Position numbers and translations under genes: made by a program. A stretch of DNA of 64,000 bases, taken from the NCBI GenBank assembly GCA_052327205.1, contig CM126203.1, forward strand, positions 177,258,001 to 177,322,000. The letters are read 5' to 3'. How positions within the stretch are numbered: the stretch's first letter is position 1; every line of letters starts with the position of its first letter. The notes under the pieces are model-generated. The model searched no databases and was not told the origin of the DNA. It was given only the letters and a program-made list of their open reading frames with translations. This DNA is from Somniosus microcephalus. Its lineage: Eukaryota. This document shows, in pieces, positions 63,188-64,000 of this stretch.

Positions 63188-63399
63188 TGTAGTGTATGTA
63201 TCTTTAAGAGAGAACTACTTTTACAGCTCCTGTATACTGTAGTACCGGCAGTGACCACACCTGTATATAAGCCTTGAGCATGCCTCTGTACCCCCAGTCT
63301 TGAGACTACCCTACTCCAGTAAACACCTGTTGATTGTTAAGTTACAGCATCCGTGTAGTTATTGAAAAGCATCATACTCTCAGAATCACGGATCTAACA
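63188..63399 (+). mobile_element. Solo LTR nested within another LTR
   Basis: TGTAG...CTAACA with 5-bp TSD ATAGG; resembles the 32344 solo LTR. Confidence 0.88.
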
Positions 63400-63589
63400 A
63401 TAGGTACTCGATTGCCTTGGCCTGAGCACATGGAGTTTGATAGTGCTGTTATCATGGTATTGTGTATAGGTATTCGATTGCTTTTGCCTGGGAGTGTGTG
63501 TGTGGAGCAGCCATTAAAAAAGCAACATGAACTGAACTCTGCTTACGGTCTCTGGATTATCTTTGCAAATGCAACATTTGGCGACAAGG

Positions 63590-64000
63590 ATGGCTGAAAT
63601 CTCTCTTCCACCACCTCCTCCCTTCCTTGCACTACCCGGTGAGCCGCTGATCCCATGGGTTAACTGGTTACAGTCCTTTGAAACCTATCTCATTGCTCTT
63701 GGACTAGAAACTGTGAGTACGGCTCGGAAAAAGGCACTGTTATCCCATTGCTTGGGAGCGGAGGGCCAGCGTGTCCTTGGGACATTATGCACAGCAGACT
63801 CAATTCAAACATATGATGAGGCTGTGGCTCTGTTAAGCACACACTTCTCTGCCCCACAAAGTGCCCTCCTGCGGCGATTCATTTTTAGACAGTGTCACCA
63901 ACTCCCCGGCGAGTCTGTGCATCAATACGTGGCTAATTTGAGGGGGTTAGCTAGCTCATGCAAGTTCAGTGCACTACAAGACGAGATGGTGCGTGATCAA
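63590..64000 (+). CDS. Gypsy gag N terminus, open to the window edge
   Basis: My translation: MAEISLPPPPPFLALPGEPLIPWVNWLQSFETYL...KKALLSHCLGAEG...RRFIFRQCHQLPGESVHQYVANLRGLASSCKF...VRDQ. Confidence 0.85.
   Translation, partial: MAEISLPPPPPFLALPGEPLIPWVNWLQSFETYLIALGLETVSTARKKALLSHCLGAEGQRVLGTLCTADSIQTYDEAVALLSTHFSAPQSALLRRFIFRQCHQLPGESVHQYVANLRGLASSCKFSALQDEMVRDQ

Larger units (their letters stand above)
63163..64000 (+). mobile_element. 5' end of a third Gypsy element (LTR 63163-63576, interrupted by a solo LTR)
   Basis: TGTTAT...GCAACA, then TT and PBS TGGCGACAAGG, then gag. Confidence 0.8.

Overview
Eukaryotic, repeat-dominated window, most likely from a cartilaginous fish (inferred from the CR1 and SINE types and the Harbinger-rich landscape). 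No host protein-coding gene, RNA gene or CRISPR array is supportable. It contains three two-gene PIF/Harbinger DNA transposons, each with a DDE transposase and a convergent, 3-exon Myb/SANT gene; the one at 116-4603 has an intact transposase ORF. Several MITEs share that element's terminal inverted repeat (TIR). There are multiple CR1 LINEs: one full-length copy with a 10x69-bp monomer array as its 5' end, and one with an intact 981-aa ORF2. There are three Gypsy LTR elements and three solo LTRs, most with readable target-site duplications (TSDs). A head-to-tail pair of non-autonomous Helitrons spans an assembly gap. The most notable structures are a nested CR1>Gypsy>(CR1, MITE) stack with two element-associated deletions, the monomer-array CR1, the Helitron dimer with promoter-like cargo, and the Harbinger/MITE system.
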